A stretch of 64,000 nucleotides of DNA from Mizuhopecten yessoensis. Its lineage: Eukaryota. The stretch lies in the NCBI RefSeq assembly GCF_002113885.1, contig NW_018403786.1:792776-856775 (forward strand). The letters are read 5' to 3'. A program made the translations under genes and the position numbers. Under the pieces are notes generated by a model. The model saw nothing but the letters and a program-made list of their open reading frames with translations, was not told where the DNA came from and did not search any database. The first letter of the stretch is position 1; each line of letters begins with the position of its first letter. Positions 40,400 to 55,600 of the stretch are shown here, piece by piece.

Positions 40400-41540
40400 G
40401 ATTGATACAGTTACACGGGGCATTAGACTGAAAATGTTGCACGGGACATCAAACTGATAATGTTACACGGGACACCAAACTGATAACGTTACACGGGACA
40501 TCAGATTGATAACTTTACACGGGACATCAGACTGATAACATTACAGGGGACATCAGACTGATAACGTTACACGGGACATCAGACTGATAACGTTACACCA
40601 AACCTCAGACTGATAACATTACAGGGGACATCAGACTGGTAACGTTACACGGGAAATCAGACTGATAACGTTACACGGGACATCAGACGGATAACGTTAC
40701 ACCAAACCTCAGACTGATAACATTACACGGGACATCAGACAGATAACGTTACACGGGACGTCAGACAGATAACATTACACGGGACACCAAACTGATAACG
40801 TTACACGGGACATCAGGCTGATAACATTACAGGGGACATCAGACTGATAACGTTACACGGGACATCAGACTGATAACGTTACACGGGACATCATACTGAT
40901 AACGTTACACCAAACCTCAGACTGATAACATTACACGGGACATCAGACAGATAACGTTACACGGGACATCAGACAGATAACATTACACGGGACACCAAAC
41001 TGATAACGTTACACGGGACATCAGACTGATAACATTACAGGGGACATCAGACTGGTAACGATACACGGGACATCAGACTGATAACGTTACACGGGACATT
41101 AGACTGATAACATTACACGGGACATCAGACTGATAACGTTACACGGGACATTAGACTGATAACATTACACGGGACATCAGACTGATAACGTTACACGGGA
41201 CATCAGACTGATAACATTACACGGGACATCAGACTGATAACGTTACACGGGACATTAGACTGATAACATTACACGGGACATCAGACTGATAACGTTACAC
41301 GGGACATCAGACAGATAACGTTACACGGGACATCAGACAGATAACATTACACGGGATCTAAGACTGATAACGTTACACCAAACCTCAGACTGATAACGTT
41401 ATCCCGGACCTCAGACTGACAACGTTACACGGGATTTTAGACAGATAACGTTACACGGAATCTCAGACTGATAACGTTACACCAAACATTTACACGGGAC
41501 CTCAGACTGATACAGTTTCACGGGATATCAGACTGATAAC
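40400..41540 (+). repeat. 26-bp minisatellite, ~43 copies
   Basis: ACACGGGACATCAGACTGATAACGTT. Confidence 0.97.
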
Positions 41541-41844
41541 GCGATCATTGAATGAAGTTATTTGTAAAAAGCCTTAATTACAATTATTATGACTGTACAG
41601 AGACAACTAAACAATGGTGTTTTTTTTTGTGAAAGTATGGCGCCCGAGCCATTAGACATAGCATATTTATATCGGCCAAAGGGAAATGGTGCATTTAATG
41701 CTGACAAGGTCTTGAATTATCTAGACGAATAAACCTAAAAAACAAACAACATTGTTTTAGGGTAAATAAGACTGTACCATTTTGAATAGTGAAATTCGTC
41801 TTCCACCACACCTGGCTGTTACATTGTGTGATCTATGAAAAATG

Positions 41845-41935
41845 TATGGACATCTATGATGACTCCAGTCTTGTTCAGTTGCTACCGGAGCCGACAAGGT
41901 ATGAACACATATTGGATCTTTTTCTTACATCAATC
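41845..41935 (+). mobile_element. Small LINE apurinic-endonuclease-domain remnant
   Basis: SSLVQLLPEPTRYEHILDLFLTS matches the L.Q...PTR...LDL..T motif of CR1/L2-type APE domains. Confidence 0.6.
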
Positions 41936-42559
41936 ACACGCTCATCCGTGATGTTTAGGTTGAGGCTTATGTCTGCTCATGCATTGTGGCCTTTCATTTC
42001 AACGCATTACCTTGACCCAAGAGGTGCAAACACGACAAGGTTACTCGATAGTCAATGGGAAACCCCAATAGATAAACAACTAGAAAATTCTAAAATGAGA
42101 TCAGTTCAGGAAATTTAGAATAAGGTCCATTCGGAGATCAAGAAAGGTATTATCAATTATATATTCCATCTGTCATCATAGTGTAAAAGTAAATCTAATA
42201 TAAATATAACACCAAAGTATACAATGTTGCGTTCAAACCCAACCCGAAGTTAAGCTAGGGACAAAGAAGACATTCAAACTCCAAAAAAAGGTTAGAGAAC
42301 AAAATAGCTCGCAAAGACTACCACCTGCAAGACATATTTTGATGTGAACTACAAGGGATCGGTTAATGAATGTCGCCAGAACAGGTTAGTTTTCAATTAA
42401 AAATATGTTTTCTATAATAAAAAAAACCCACTCCTGTCAACATTTCAATTGAATAGTTTTCTTACAAGATCAGTCCTCTAAAGCGTAACTGACAGGGAAC
42501 AAAAGAATAAAATAAGGCTTTATCATTAATTACTGGAGTAATGTCAATTGATATAACAC

Positions 42560-42950
42560 GTTGGAATTTTGCCGTTTCTGAATGCTATATTTGGACTTCG
42601 GGAAACCCTATTTATCTCAATGATTGGCAGGTATCCACGTTTGAGCGTGGAGTCATTTTAACATTTATATTGTGCACAAAACGACCTGGCAAACTCACCT
42701 CCTCCGAGATATGGGCCTTACATTGAAGTTAAGCAGATCGGCCAAGGGACTTTACAGAAGAGTACACAGTATAGAAGGAACAACAATCCGGTGGGATAAT
42801 CCGGTGGGATCTCAAGCGGACAGGTAACATTGTTTTATTAAGTTTAGTCTTTAGAATGATATTTTTTAAACTTCCTGGTTGTTGACGACATGTTAACACT
42901 GTGCTGTTTGAGATATTGTAATTTCATAGCTCTCACTGTTCGTATTCATT
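42560..42950 (+). pseudogene. Decayed duplicate of kinase promoter, exon 1 and intron start (pseudo-exon 42686-42823)
   Basis: Homologous to ~43507-43910. ATG is replaced by CTG; reads RYGPYIEVKQIGQGT, then goes out of register, with a 13-bp internal duplication (AATCCGGTGGGAT) and an in-frame TAA. The donor GGACAG|GT is retained. Confidence 0.8.
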
Positions 42951-43664
42951 TGTATTGTGAGCTTCATAAAACATACTTTTAAATATAATACATATAGTTG
43001 TAACTAAGATAAAATATTTTGGAAATCCGAGGTCATGTTTGCTATAAGCAACACATGCCAAATTTAGCCCCCCTTTTTTTTTCACTATGAAGGGACTAAT
43101 TGATCTAGGTGATAACGGAATTCCATACTTCATTTCTATGGAAAACAATATTGTTAATGCTACCTGAATTTATCATATACAAAATCCTATGCTTTTATCC
43201 TGGAAATATGCACAGACGCGCGGCTTCAGATAAAACCCATTATTGTATTAAGTAATTATGTAACTGTTATGTTACAGGTATGTCATTTGATAGTAATATA
43301 CAACAGTAATTCAATTCACATGTACATATATACGTAAACTCTAGGTTGTGACGGAACTCCACCATTATGCGTTGATATCGTAGCGACATTTCTATATCCT
43401 TATTAATTGACGAATGAATAACGGTAGATTAAATCGATGCATAAGAACATTCTGACAATTAAAATTAGAATTAAAAAAAAAACCTCTGAAACTTGTGTAG
43501 TTTTCCGTTGGAATTTTACCGCTTCTCAGTGCTATATTTAGACTTTGGGAAAATACGTTTAACCAGATAATGATTCGATTGTCGTTGCTAAGGATTACAT
43601 GACTTGGCCGGTATCCATGTTTGAACGGCTGTCAGTTTAACACTTATACTGTACACAGAACAAC

Positions 43665-46600
43665 ATGGCGGCATCACTTCGACGGAGATACGGTCCCTAC
43701 GTTGAATATGAGCAGATCGGCCAAGGGACTTTCGGAGTAGTGTACAAGGTGACTAAGGAGCAACAATCTGGCGCGACCTCAAGCGGACAGGTATAATTCT
43801 CTATTGTCATTCAATGTTCTTTTTTAAACTTCCTGGTTAAGAACGACATGCTAACACTGTGCTATTTGATGTATTGGTATTTCAGTGTTCAAACTATTCG
43901 TCATCATTTGTATATAGAAAATGTGACTATCCAATAATTTCATTCAACTAAAAGTGTTCATGATAATGCTTTTTTACTGTTAAGTTCGTTTAACTAACTT
44001 TTAGCTGAATGATTTCGTGAGCTCGTGTATAGAGCATGCACGCTATTGATAACTCCGGGTATTCAGCACGAGCGATAACAATACAGGTAGATATAGATTT
44101 CTTTCTGAATACCTTTCTTGCCAAACGTCATTCCGATATCTATATCAATATACCGTTGATTTGGTGTTTGTATTTCATGTCTCGATACTAATATAAATAA
44201 ATCATTTGCTTGTATGTGCCTATAACAATGCAATCGGGATAGTTTTAACCGAAGCAAAGCAGAGGTCGGCTAAAGGTTTGTGCCTGTGTTTTATAACCGT
44301 CTCCTCCAAAGTGTAATTTAAATTCCAGGTATTAAGTTCAAAATACGGGTCACTGTTTTATATATTTATACACGCATTTCATCAGTAAGGCACGTGACTC
44401 TTTTTTTGTAATGTAAATAAGATTGAAAATATAACCCTTTGATATTGTGTATAGACTCTTTAATTACTAATATTTCTTCACAAACACCGCATCTTATCTC
44501 AGTATAAATACCCTCCCTTTTTAATACAATAACCCCTCAAATTGCAGTACTAGAATACCTCCCTTTCGGTACTATTACCCCTCCCCTTTCCGTACAAGTA
44601 CTCCTCCCCTTTCATTACTATTATCCTTCGCCTTTCAGAACTATTTTATCCCCCTTTCGTTACTATTACACCTCTTCTTTCAGTACTATTACCCCTACCC
44701 TTTCAGTACTATTACCCCTACCCTTTCAGTACTACCCCCTCTCTTTTAGTACTAGTACTCATATCCTCTCAATTATATAATTCCGCCCTTTCAGTACTGT
44801 CATTCTTTACTTTTAGTACTAGTACTCATCCCCTCTCAGTACTATTACCATTCCCCTCTCAGTACTATTACCATTACCCTCTCAGTACTATTACCATTCC
44901 CCTCTCATTACTATTACCATTCCCCTCTCATGACTATTACCATTCCCCTCTCAGTACTATTACCATACCCCTCTCAGTACTATTACCATTCCCCTCTCAG
45001 TACTATTACCATTCCCCTTTCATTACTATCACCCCTCCGATTTCAGTACTATTCTACTCCCCTTGTAGTACTAGTATACCTCCCCTTTCGGTACTATTAC
45101 CCCTCCCCTTTCAGTACAAGTAATGCTGCCTTTCATTACTATAATCCCCCTTCAGTAATATAACCCCCCCCCCCCCCCCCCCCCCCNCCTCCCCTCTCAG
45201 TAATAGTATCCCTCCCCTTTCATTACTATTACCCCTCCCCATTCATTACTATTACCTCTCCCCTTTCATTACTATTACCCCTCCCCTTTCATTACTATTA
45301 CCCTCCCCTCTCAGTAATAGTATCCCTCCCCTTTCATTACTATTACCCCTCCCCATTCATTACTATTACCTCTCCCCTTTCATTACTATTACCCCTCCCC
45401 TTTCATTACTATTACCCTCCCCTCTCAGTAATAGTATCCCTCCCCTTTCATTACTATTACCCCTCCCCATTCATTACTATTACCTCTCCCCTTTCATTAC
45501 TATTACCCCTCCCCTTTCATTACTATTACCCTCCCCTCTCAGTAATAGTATCCCTCCCCTTTCATTACTATTACCCCTCCCCATTCATTACTATTACCTC
45601 TCCCCTTTCATTACTATTACCCCTCCCCTTTCATTACTATTACCCTCCCCTCTCAGTAATAGTATCCCTCCCCTTTCATTACTATTACCCCTCCCCATTC
45701 ATTACTATTACCTCTCCCCTTTCATTACTATTACCCCTCCCCTTTCATTACTATTACCCTCCCCTCTCAGTAATAGTATCCCTCCCCTTTCATTACTATT
45801 ACCCCTCCCCATTCATTACTATTACCTCTCCCCTTTCATTACTATTACCCCTCCCCTTTCATTACTATTACCCTCCCCTCTCAGTAATATTATCCCTCCC
45901 CTTTCATTACTATTACCCTCCCCTCTCAGTAATATTATCCCTCCCCTTTCATTACTATTACCCCTTCCCTATCAGTAATATTACCCCTCCCCTTTTAGTA
46001 CTATTACTTCTCCGGTCCCCTCTCAGTAATATAACTCCCCCCTTTCATTACTATAACCCCTCCAATTTCAGTACGTTAGCCTCTGCCCTTTCATTATTAT
46101 TACCACCACCTTTGATCAGTAATATTACCCTTCCCTTTTCGGTACTATAACCCCTCCCCTTTCAGTATTTATTTTCCATCTCCACTCAGGTAGTTAGGAA
46201 GACTCGCAACAACGAATTATAAAGTAATTTAATGAATATTGTAGTAATAAACGTTTTTCTCAGTAGGGTTATTCTTACAAAGCGTATAGTAATGTTTATC
46301 TTGTGTCTGGGATATCGGCAATGTGATGAAGTCTATTTATTTCATGATTAATTCGCATAGTAAAAAAAACCCACAAAACAAAATGTTTAATGTAAACCTC
46401 AGTATATGGTGGGCAGGCTAACCAAATAGTCCTCCAGGGTAGTCCTCGGGCGGACATTATTCCAAGGACACGCAAGAGTAAGACAGGCACCGGCCATAAA
46501 GCCACCTGTTCTCTGACCTAGCAGAGTTTGCACGAACTCGTACCATACCGATAACCGCTCCTGCCCATCGCGAGAGTGACCAACATCTCCAACCAGCTGG

Positions 46601-49600
46601 AGAACCAAAACCTCCATCCAATCATACCTTTAGCCCACAGGAATTCACATGATAAGCATAAGTGGACTGGTAACCATTAAAATGCATCTTCCTACCACAA
46701 ACTCGTACGGTACCTCCATAGCGAGTTTTCAATAATCTGCTAGTGTCACTCCTAGCAACACTATTGACAGGCCAGCACAATACCATATGATATTACAATA
46801 ACATGTATAATTGTATGCATGTCCGCCATATCCTGCCACTCGGGACTGTCAATGCAGTTCCGCCCTGTCTAGGATATCAGCCATATACATGAAGGCTATA
46901 TAATGATATTATCAGAGTGTGGTTTGAGTGCAATATTGTGTGTGATTTTAGGAATACATAAGCAGTGTATACACATCTGAACAATGAACAATACTCAAGG
47001 TTATAGAAATACACAAGACTATTCACATCCAAACCGTGAACAATACGTAAAGCTTTGAGTAAGAACTGTATCGTTATATCCTAGTGTATGTGTTGTAGTA
47101 ACAAAACAGTACTGTATCTGTACTGTGACTCCACCAGTCAGCTAGATAAATACATGTTGATAATTGATACCGGTGAAATGCTTTTCTGTAGTATTTTAAC
47201 AACCACACTCATGTTTGCATAGACATTCGTTAATTTTGACTTGATGTCTCACTTCTATGAGTTAATTGTTTTACTTATTCCATCAGATATAAATAATTTG
47301 TCTAAAATATCCAATGTTACACTTTATCCTAGCTCGAGTTTTCTGTGGCCCTGAAACAAGACTAAACAATTTGACAGACAGATGTCCGGTTGAGTCTAGC
47401 CCGAGTTTCCTGTGTTCCTGACACCAGACTTAGACAATTCGACAGACAGACGTCTGGTGGAGTATAGCCCGGGTTTCCTGTGGCCCTGACACCAGACTTA
47501 GACAATTCGACAGACAGACGTCTGGTGGAGTATAGCCCGGTTTTCCTGTGGCCCTGACACCAGACTTAGACAGTTTGATAGACAGATGACTGATGGAGTC
47601 TAGCCCGGGTTTCCTGTGTTCCTGACACCAGACTTAGACAGTTCGACAGACAGACGTCTGGCGGAGTATAGCCCGGGTTTCCTGTGGCCCTGACACCAGA
47701 CTTAGACAGTTTGACAGACAGGTGTCCGGTTGAGTATAGCCCGGGTTTCCTGTGTTCCTGACACCAGACTTAGACAGTTTGATAGACAGATGTCTGATGG
47801 TGTCTAGCCCAAGTTGCCTTTGGCCCAGACACAAGACTGGAACAGTTTGACAGACAGATGTCCCACACCTGACATCCATCTCTCAAAATGTCTAAAGCTA
47901 GTGTCAGGGCCAGATTAATCCCGGGCTAACTTTGTCCTAATAGAGGTTCCCGGTGTAGGTGATTATGTTATCAAAGTCTCTAATTGATTAATGTGATAAT
48001 GCATACCTCATAAAGTTATTAACAATGTCAGATAGAATATAAATTAGTGAGCTAATAAACAGTACCAGTTAAAAACAAATATAATTTGAAAAAAAAAACA
48101 ACACAATTATCCGGTAAAATGTATGACATAAACAACAACTTAACAGCTTTAATTAAATATCCTTATAAAAATTGAAGGAATTTTCAGGTCCTGATCGTAA
48201 AAAATGTCTCAACACTTACCTTTACTGTATCACGGTGGTGCATATAAAGCCAGAGTGTGTGATAGTAAAGATATTAAGCATCAATGCAAAAAACATATTG
48301 TAATGTGTCGATAAACCTCAAGTTCATTAATTTCTACAATTCGTTCCTTTATCACAGTAAATACAAACAATGTTTTTTTTTCTATATCCAGTTTTACGCC
48401 TTAAAAATCGTTGAGCTAGCGGTAGGTCAAGAGAGTCGGGAACGAGAACTGGTCAACAGAGAGGAAGAAATTCTGAAATCAGCAAAACATCATAATGTTG
48501 TTCGCTTTGTGGACTCTTTCATAGATGGGAAACGGGTATGTCTGATTATGGAATACTGCTCAGAAGGAACCCTATATGCGTACATCAGGAAGCGAGAATC
48601 TAAGATGTCAGAGGATATGTTCGTCAACTTTCTCAAACAAATAGCTGACGGTTTGAAGGTACGGCTAGCTGTTATTTTAAGATATCTTTATAGCATCATT
48701 AAAATAGCTCTTTCTAAGCATGTGTCACAAGTAAGTTAGTAACCTAATGTAGACAGGAAAAGCTTGAGGTCTTGATGTTGTTGCTGTGTTTTAAGAAAAC
48801 TACATAGTGTATTTTAACTTTAGTCACCAAAATGTGTCAATACAAACTGCGGTAATGAGTAGAAAATGTTACTTATCATTTATTTATTTTTTCAATTTTC
48901 TTCTGATAATGGAACAAATCTAATAGGGGTTGTTTCATATGTTTTTGAAAGCATTATACATAGTTTAGACAAATTCGCTATTATATTCAAATTCAAAGAC
49001 AGTTTCACAATCTGAGTTTATACTATTGACAAATTTACAATCTTATAAATGTATTCATATATTCATATCTTATCAGTTACAATATCCTTAATTGGAATAC
49101 TGATATCATTACAGTACCTTCACCGGAAAAAAGTTCTACATCGTGATATCAAGACAAAAAACATTTTGTTGACAGCGGGACACATAATCAAAATAAGCGA
49201 CTTCGGCATATCAAGGTAGGTATTCAAGGCAGACACAGTACCTACTGACTACAATAAGACAATGCCAGCACGCGTTCATCTATCCGTAAACTGAACAGGG
49301 TATGAAAGAAAAAATGCAAGATGAACCTTTCAATAATCATGGAACGTGGGTATATGGACTACATCAGGGTTGTATTTGTACGACCATGATATTCAGAGTT
49401 CACTTGTACATAGACTACATCAGGGGGTGTATTTGTACGACCATGATATTCAGTGTTCACTTGTATATAGACTACATCAGGGGGTGTATTTGTACGACCA
49501 TGATATTCAGAGTTCACTTGTACATAGACTACATCAGGGTTGTATTTGTACGACCATGATATTCAGAGTTCACTTGTACATCGACTACATCAGGGGGTGT

Positions 49601-52600
49601 ATTTGTACGACCATGATATTCAGAGTTCACTTGTACAAAGACTACATCAGGGGTGTATTTGTACGACCATGATATTCAGAGTTCACTTGTACATAGACTA
49701 CATCAGGGGGTGTATTTGTAGGAACATTGATTGTCACATTTACTACATAATTGGGTGTGTTTGTACGAACATTGATATCCATAGTGCATTGGTACATGGG
49801 TAACACCATGGGGTGTTTTTACGGAGATTGGATGTTTGGCTTACATAAACATTATTAGTAGCAGTTAAGTTTGATAATTATGTATTTAGTATCTATTTCA
49901 TAACTATCTAATTATTCATTAAAGTGATTTGGATAAAAAAGTTGGTGTTCTTTTCAAATCAAGGATTATTTGATGCATGAAGAATAGAATGCAAATATAA
50001 CTCCTTGAAGACCAAGACCCTTAAACTGCATATTGTACACTCATGTTTGTTTTAAATTATTTCTTGTTATAGCAGACAGGTCGAGTTATCTCCCATGTGG
50101 CGTACATCATAGATGTCTCCACATATATATTCAGTGTCTGATACGATGATTTATTATATATCATATCTTGTATATGGATGATTTGTTGAAGGCAGCCTCG
50201 GTTTCAGAATAAAGGCATCATTACTTTTTACATATATCGTTGTGTCTGCTTATGAAAATATATACATAATGTAAGTATATACTCATACTTTCTTTTATTG
50301 CAGAGGATTGTTTTAATGAATCGTGATTTTACAAAATGAATATGAATTAGTATGTATTTTGCAGGATTACCGACTTCGTCGACCCGTCAAAACACTCAAT
50401 AAGAATAGGAACACCACGGTATATGAGTCCAGAAGTACTGAAGAAAGAGGAATATGGACAGAAGGTACAAAGAATATGTATATGTAATAACAATATAGTA
50501 TTGACAAAGTACTTACATGCAACAAGCATCTATACTTACTACTAGTTGGTAGTAGGCATGGCTTTCAGTTGACCTTTGACCTTCACCAACTTTAGAAGTC
50601 CAAAACAATTTTTATTAAATTTTCGAGGGTCTATAAGAGTACCCAAGAGTCAAAGTTGATTTTAGAGCGTCAGAATACTCTCAGTGGTCTACTTAAAGCT
50701 CTGGTCTTAAAGAAGGAAATAAGTTGAAAGAAGGTATTGTCCGGCTTAGAAATTCGTACTTACGTTTTAGAGTAATGGAAGCGGGAGCAGGAACAAGACG
50801 TATTTTTACTTGCCACCTGGACACAATTCTTATGAAATATTGACAAAGGAAGAGTAATAATAGAAAGTATATACCATGTAGAATTGAAAAAGAAAAGAGA
50901 ATTGTATTTTAAGGTGAATACCACCAAAATATACAAAAACTAACTATGAAGCACAAATCGTAAATAAATATTTCCAAATCTACAAATAATTATTAGTTTC
51001 GCCATGATTAGTTCTCGTAGTATGTCCTTCTGTATTGACTTCGTATGGTGTCTGTCTATACCTTGACCTCGACTAGTGCTTATTCTATCAGAACAATAGA
51101 ATCGGTTATATAACTTAGAATATGAATATAGGGCATCAGTGTTGATTTTGATGCATCAAGCAAAACAATAGAGTAATTATATTTTGTGTTTGAAATTGTT
51201 TACAATTGTATTTTCAAATTTAAAAGTTTTGTCATTTCTTTTAAGTTTTCACACATATTCAAGCAAGAACTCGTAAATGTAATCACAAGGGACGCTGTGT
51301 TTCATTGCTCGTATTGTCGACACCTAGTTTCTAATTAACCTATTTATTGTTGGCTATTATTGCAGACAGATATTTGGAGTCTCGGATGTACTGCTTATGA
51401 GATGGCTGAAATGCACTTTGCGTTTTCTTCTGACAGAGAAAGAAAAGCCGTCAATAATATAAAGAACCACAAGGTATGTTATCAGTTGTGAGATATCTTG
51501 TCTTAATAAATAAGGCTGCGTTTAAAGTTATCGTTGTTGTAATATCTGTTAAAGTATGACTATGTTCAACGTTATTGTACAATGCGGTATGATATCTTAT
51601 CTGTATCAGTAGTAACTACGAGATAGTCAATAAGAATAAAAAATGTATTTCCAAAAGTTATCGTAATGATCTGCGGTTTCTTAATGCTGTTAAATTGACC
51701 TAGCCTATGGAGTTTAATATACGTGATGCGTTTTGTTTAATGATACAAAATATCACCATAATTCGCCATTCACCATAAGTGTTAGCCTGTAGAGTATTAA
51801 TGATTTATTAATATTTTATCAGATTTGCTGCCAAAATAGTAACAATTGTGATGTTATGTCGTGTATTGTGGTTTAGATGGCATGGATAGATCAGAGAACA
51901 CATGTGTATCAGCCATGACACTACTCTGTATGTATTCTCACTTCCGGTTTCATACATATTACGGATTGACATAATCTATAGGAATTCCAGTAACGGAACG
52001 ATACTACAACAATTTTCAATGATTATGGTACTTCTTTTAGCTGCCAAATTTTGATGGAATCAAGTACTGCAGTCGCATAATAGATCTGATGAAATCCATG
52101 TTCAACATAGATCCTGATGACAGACCATCTGCAAAAAAGATACTGAAAACACTGTCAGGCCATGAATGTACCGACCTGTCACTGCCGGCATCACTAACCA
52201 AGATGGGAGCTGAACCCGCAAAGAAAGATCAAACTCCGGAGGACAATGCCACTACAGAATATTATTTTCTACAGGCAGCGAGGAAGGGTAAGGCTTTATT
52301 GGAAAGAGAGAATATTATCAAATACAACTAAAGGTCACAGGTAAAACATCGTGATGCGTTGTAACGACGTTTGTTTAATATATATATATAATAAAAAGGA
52401 ATTAAATGTCCATGTGAAGGAAGTAAATATAGAAAAAATAAGATTAACGACCGACTAAAAACTAGCTGCTTTCACCCTTCACAGGGCTCTTCAGGTTTAT
52501 TCAAAAGAACAACGTCGTGACGTCACAATAACATGTCATCACACTACAATAGTAACATGACGTCACGAAGTACACAAGATTGGTGGACAATTTAGCGTAA

Positions 52601-55600
52601 AGTTTTACTTTGGCCTGTTGAGACTTGGATTTAATATTTTGATTAGTTAGTATATATATATATATATATAGCGATAAACAGTTTTAAATGTCCATGTGAC
52701 GGTAAAAACTTAAATAAAACAAAACACGAAGACTAGTATAATCGATATAATAGAATATACTAGTCTTCGGGTGGTTTTTTTTCAACAGTACATTAAACAT
52801 AACACATCATATTTCAGTCTCACATTCTTAATTTTCACACAAGTTTTTTGTTTGTCTTGACATTTTTTTAACATTCTTATATTATTACATCGATTTGGGT
52901 ACCAATGCAGAAAAACAATTATTTTCTTTATAAGTTTGAAACAAGATACATAGAATAATATTGTATGCATTGTAGTTGAGAAGCACACAAATACAAAAAA
53001 AAAGAAAAAACAAACAGTTTGACTATTTTCACATGCTGAAACCAGGATACATTTATAGGAAAGAAAAGAGTATTAAAGAGAGAGAGGGACAAGAAAGAAA
53101 AAGGAAGGTTGGAGAGGTGTCAAAGGATTTGACAAGGGCTTATTGTTCAATATTGTGTACATTTTTGTACATAGGCTACTTTTAACAGGAATTACATTGG
53201 TACTATGTTATTATAATTAATTTACATTTCAGTTATATGGCCTGCAGTAATCTTTCCCATTTTTTCCATTCCCTTTTAAAATTAGTGAGATAATTTTCAC
53301 CATTACCTACAGCAATGTATTTTTGAGTATTGTAAATATCTTTAATTAAGTTTTTCAAAGCTAAAACTGATAGACCAGTTTGCAGACATCTAGCCTTATA
53401 AATATATAGTTTAATGATAAGAAGTACTAAATTATCAACATTGTTTTTTCTATCATAGAAACCAAAGATAAAAGATTCTTTATTAAAAGCAAATGGAATT
53501 AATAACACATCTAGTAATGATTCAAAATCTGTTAAAAACACTTGTACTTCTTACATAATGCATGAACTATAGTTTCTGTGTCAGTTTTACAATGAAAACA
53601 ATATGGACTTTTAACAAGACCTATTTTATAAAGATATGAATTAGTAGTTAAAATCTGTTGATTGATTCTAAATTGAAGCCACTGTAGTTTTGTGTTTTTA
53701 CTAATTTTAAAGGGAATGGTATATATTTTCTTCCATATCTCTGTGTTAAATTCAAATATTTCCTCACACTTCTTTCTACCGGTAGATATTGTATTATTTT
53801 GGCATAGCACATGGTGAAAGTCTTTAGTTCCTTTTTTGTGTTCAAGAAAAATTTCCATATTAATTGGGATATATGGATGATCTACATTCAAATTAGAAAC
53901 ATCCTCATGTGAAATGGATTTCTTTGTGGAATTAATGACACCTTGATAAGTGAGAAAATTTGTATGAATGTCAAATTTCTCTGTAAACTCTTGATGGCTT
54001 TAAAACAATTTATTTCCTCTTTCTTTAATTAAGTCATAAACTATTGTTACCCCTTTCCTATACCATTCCGTATAAAATATACTCTTGTTTTGTATTTTTA
54101 TTGATTTATTATACCAAATGGGTGATTTGAGAATATTTACCTTTTTGTTTCCAAAATTTGCAACTTTTTCAGCTAGCTTGCACCAACTTAATAGCACATC
54201 TTTCCAAAATAATTTTTTACAACTCTTCTGGCATTTTAGCATATAATCAGTACCACAATCAGCTATAATATTTCTATTTTCGTATAACTTAAAAAAAATA
54301 TGCCACTTTCCTTTTGTTGTATATAGTCTCCTAATCCAGCTTAATTTTAAAGATTCTATAAATGATTGTAAATGTAGCATTTTGAGTCCCCCTTCCAGAT
54401 AATTCTTAATAACAATGTCTCTTTTTATTTTATCTGATTTGCTGTTCCATAAAAAAATATGAAGTTCAGTATTCAGTTTTTTAATAAAGCATTCTTCTGG
54501 ATTTGGTAAAGAAATAAAAATATGATTAAACTGTGATATAAGAAGGGACTTTATAATATTATTTTTTCCTATTGGTGTTAAAATCCTTCCATTCCATATT
54601 TTAATTAATGCCTTGAGCTTTACTATTTTTTTTATCATAGTTTAGTTTTTGAATTTGGTGCAAGTCCACATTAAATTCAATGCCTAAAACTGTAAATTTT
54701 GTAATTCCCCATTGTAAGTTCCACTCTGGAAAGTAAGTATCATTATTATCTTTTATTTACTTTTAATCCAGAAATTTTGCAAAACTGTTTAATTCATTAA
54801 ATGATTCTTTCATAGATCTTTTTGTACCATCTACTATAATTGAGGTATCGTCTGCATACTGAGATAATAAAATAGGAACATTATCTACATTAATACCTTT
54901 ACTATTCTTATTAAGTCTTAATCTTATAGCAAGTACTTCTACACATAGAATAAATATATAAGGTCCGATTGGATCGCCCTGCTGACAGCCCCTCTTTATT
55001 TCGAAAAAAACTTGAAAGATTTCCTCCCTGATTAATAGAAGAGATTGCATTAGTATGTAAAAAAAGATTGGTGGTCAATTTAGCGTAAAATTTTACTGTG
55101 GCCTGTTGAGACTTGGTTTTAATATTTTGATTAGTTGGTATATATATGTATATAGCGATAAACAGTTTTAAATGTCCATGTGACGGTAAAAACTTAAATA
55201 AAACAAAACACGAAGACTAGTATAATCGATATAATAGATTATACTAGTCTTCCTGTTTTGTTTTATTTATATTTTTACCGTCACATGGACATTTAAACCT
55301 ATTTATAGCTATTTAATACATGTGAAACGGGACGAAGAGCCGATTATACTAGTCTTCGTGCTTTGTATTATTTATATATAAATAAGGATCATTTTTCTGC
55401 TTTTATAATATTTATATGTATATTTATTGATGCAATTTAACATTATATGATCACACTTATTTACACAATCCTTATGAGAAAAATAACTCTCCTCTGACAT
55501 GTAGCAACAGTTTTGTAAATACATTGTTATCGTTCTGCCTTAATACCAATGCATCACGTAAAGCCGGCATTTTCTAGTAATATGCCTATTTTACATTTTC

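Noticed and set aside
40400-41540. CRISPR-like appearance of regular repeats
   Set aside because: Head-to-tail units with no unique spacers, eukaryotic context, no cas genes; the same applies to the other arrays.
49302-49803. Overlapping repetitive ORFs (also 7974-8168, 47634-47879, 57745-58355, 61803-62039)
   Set aside because: Minisatellite translations within introns or intergenic DNA.
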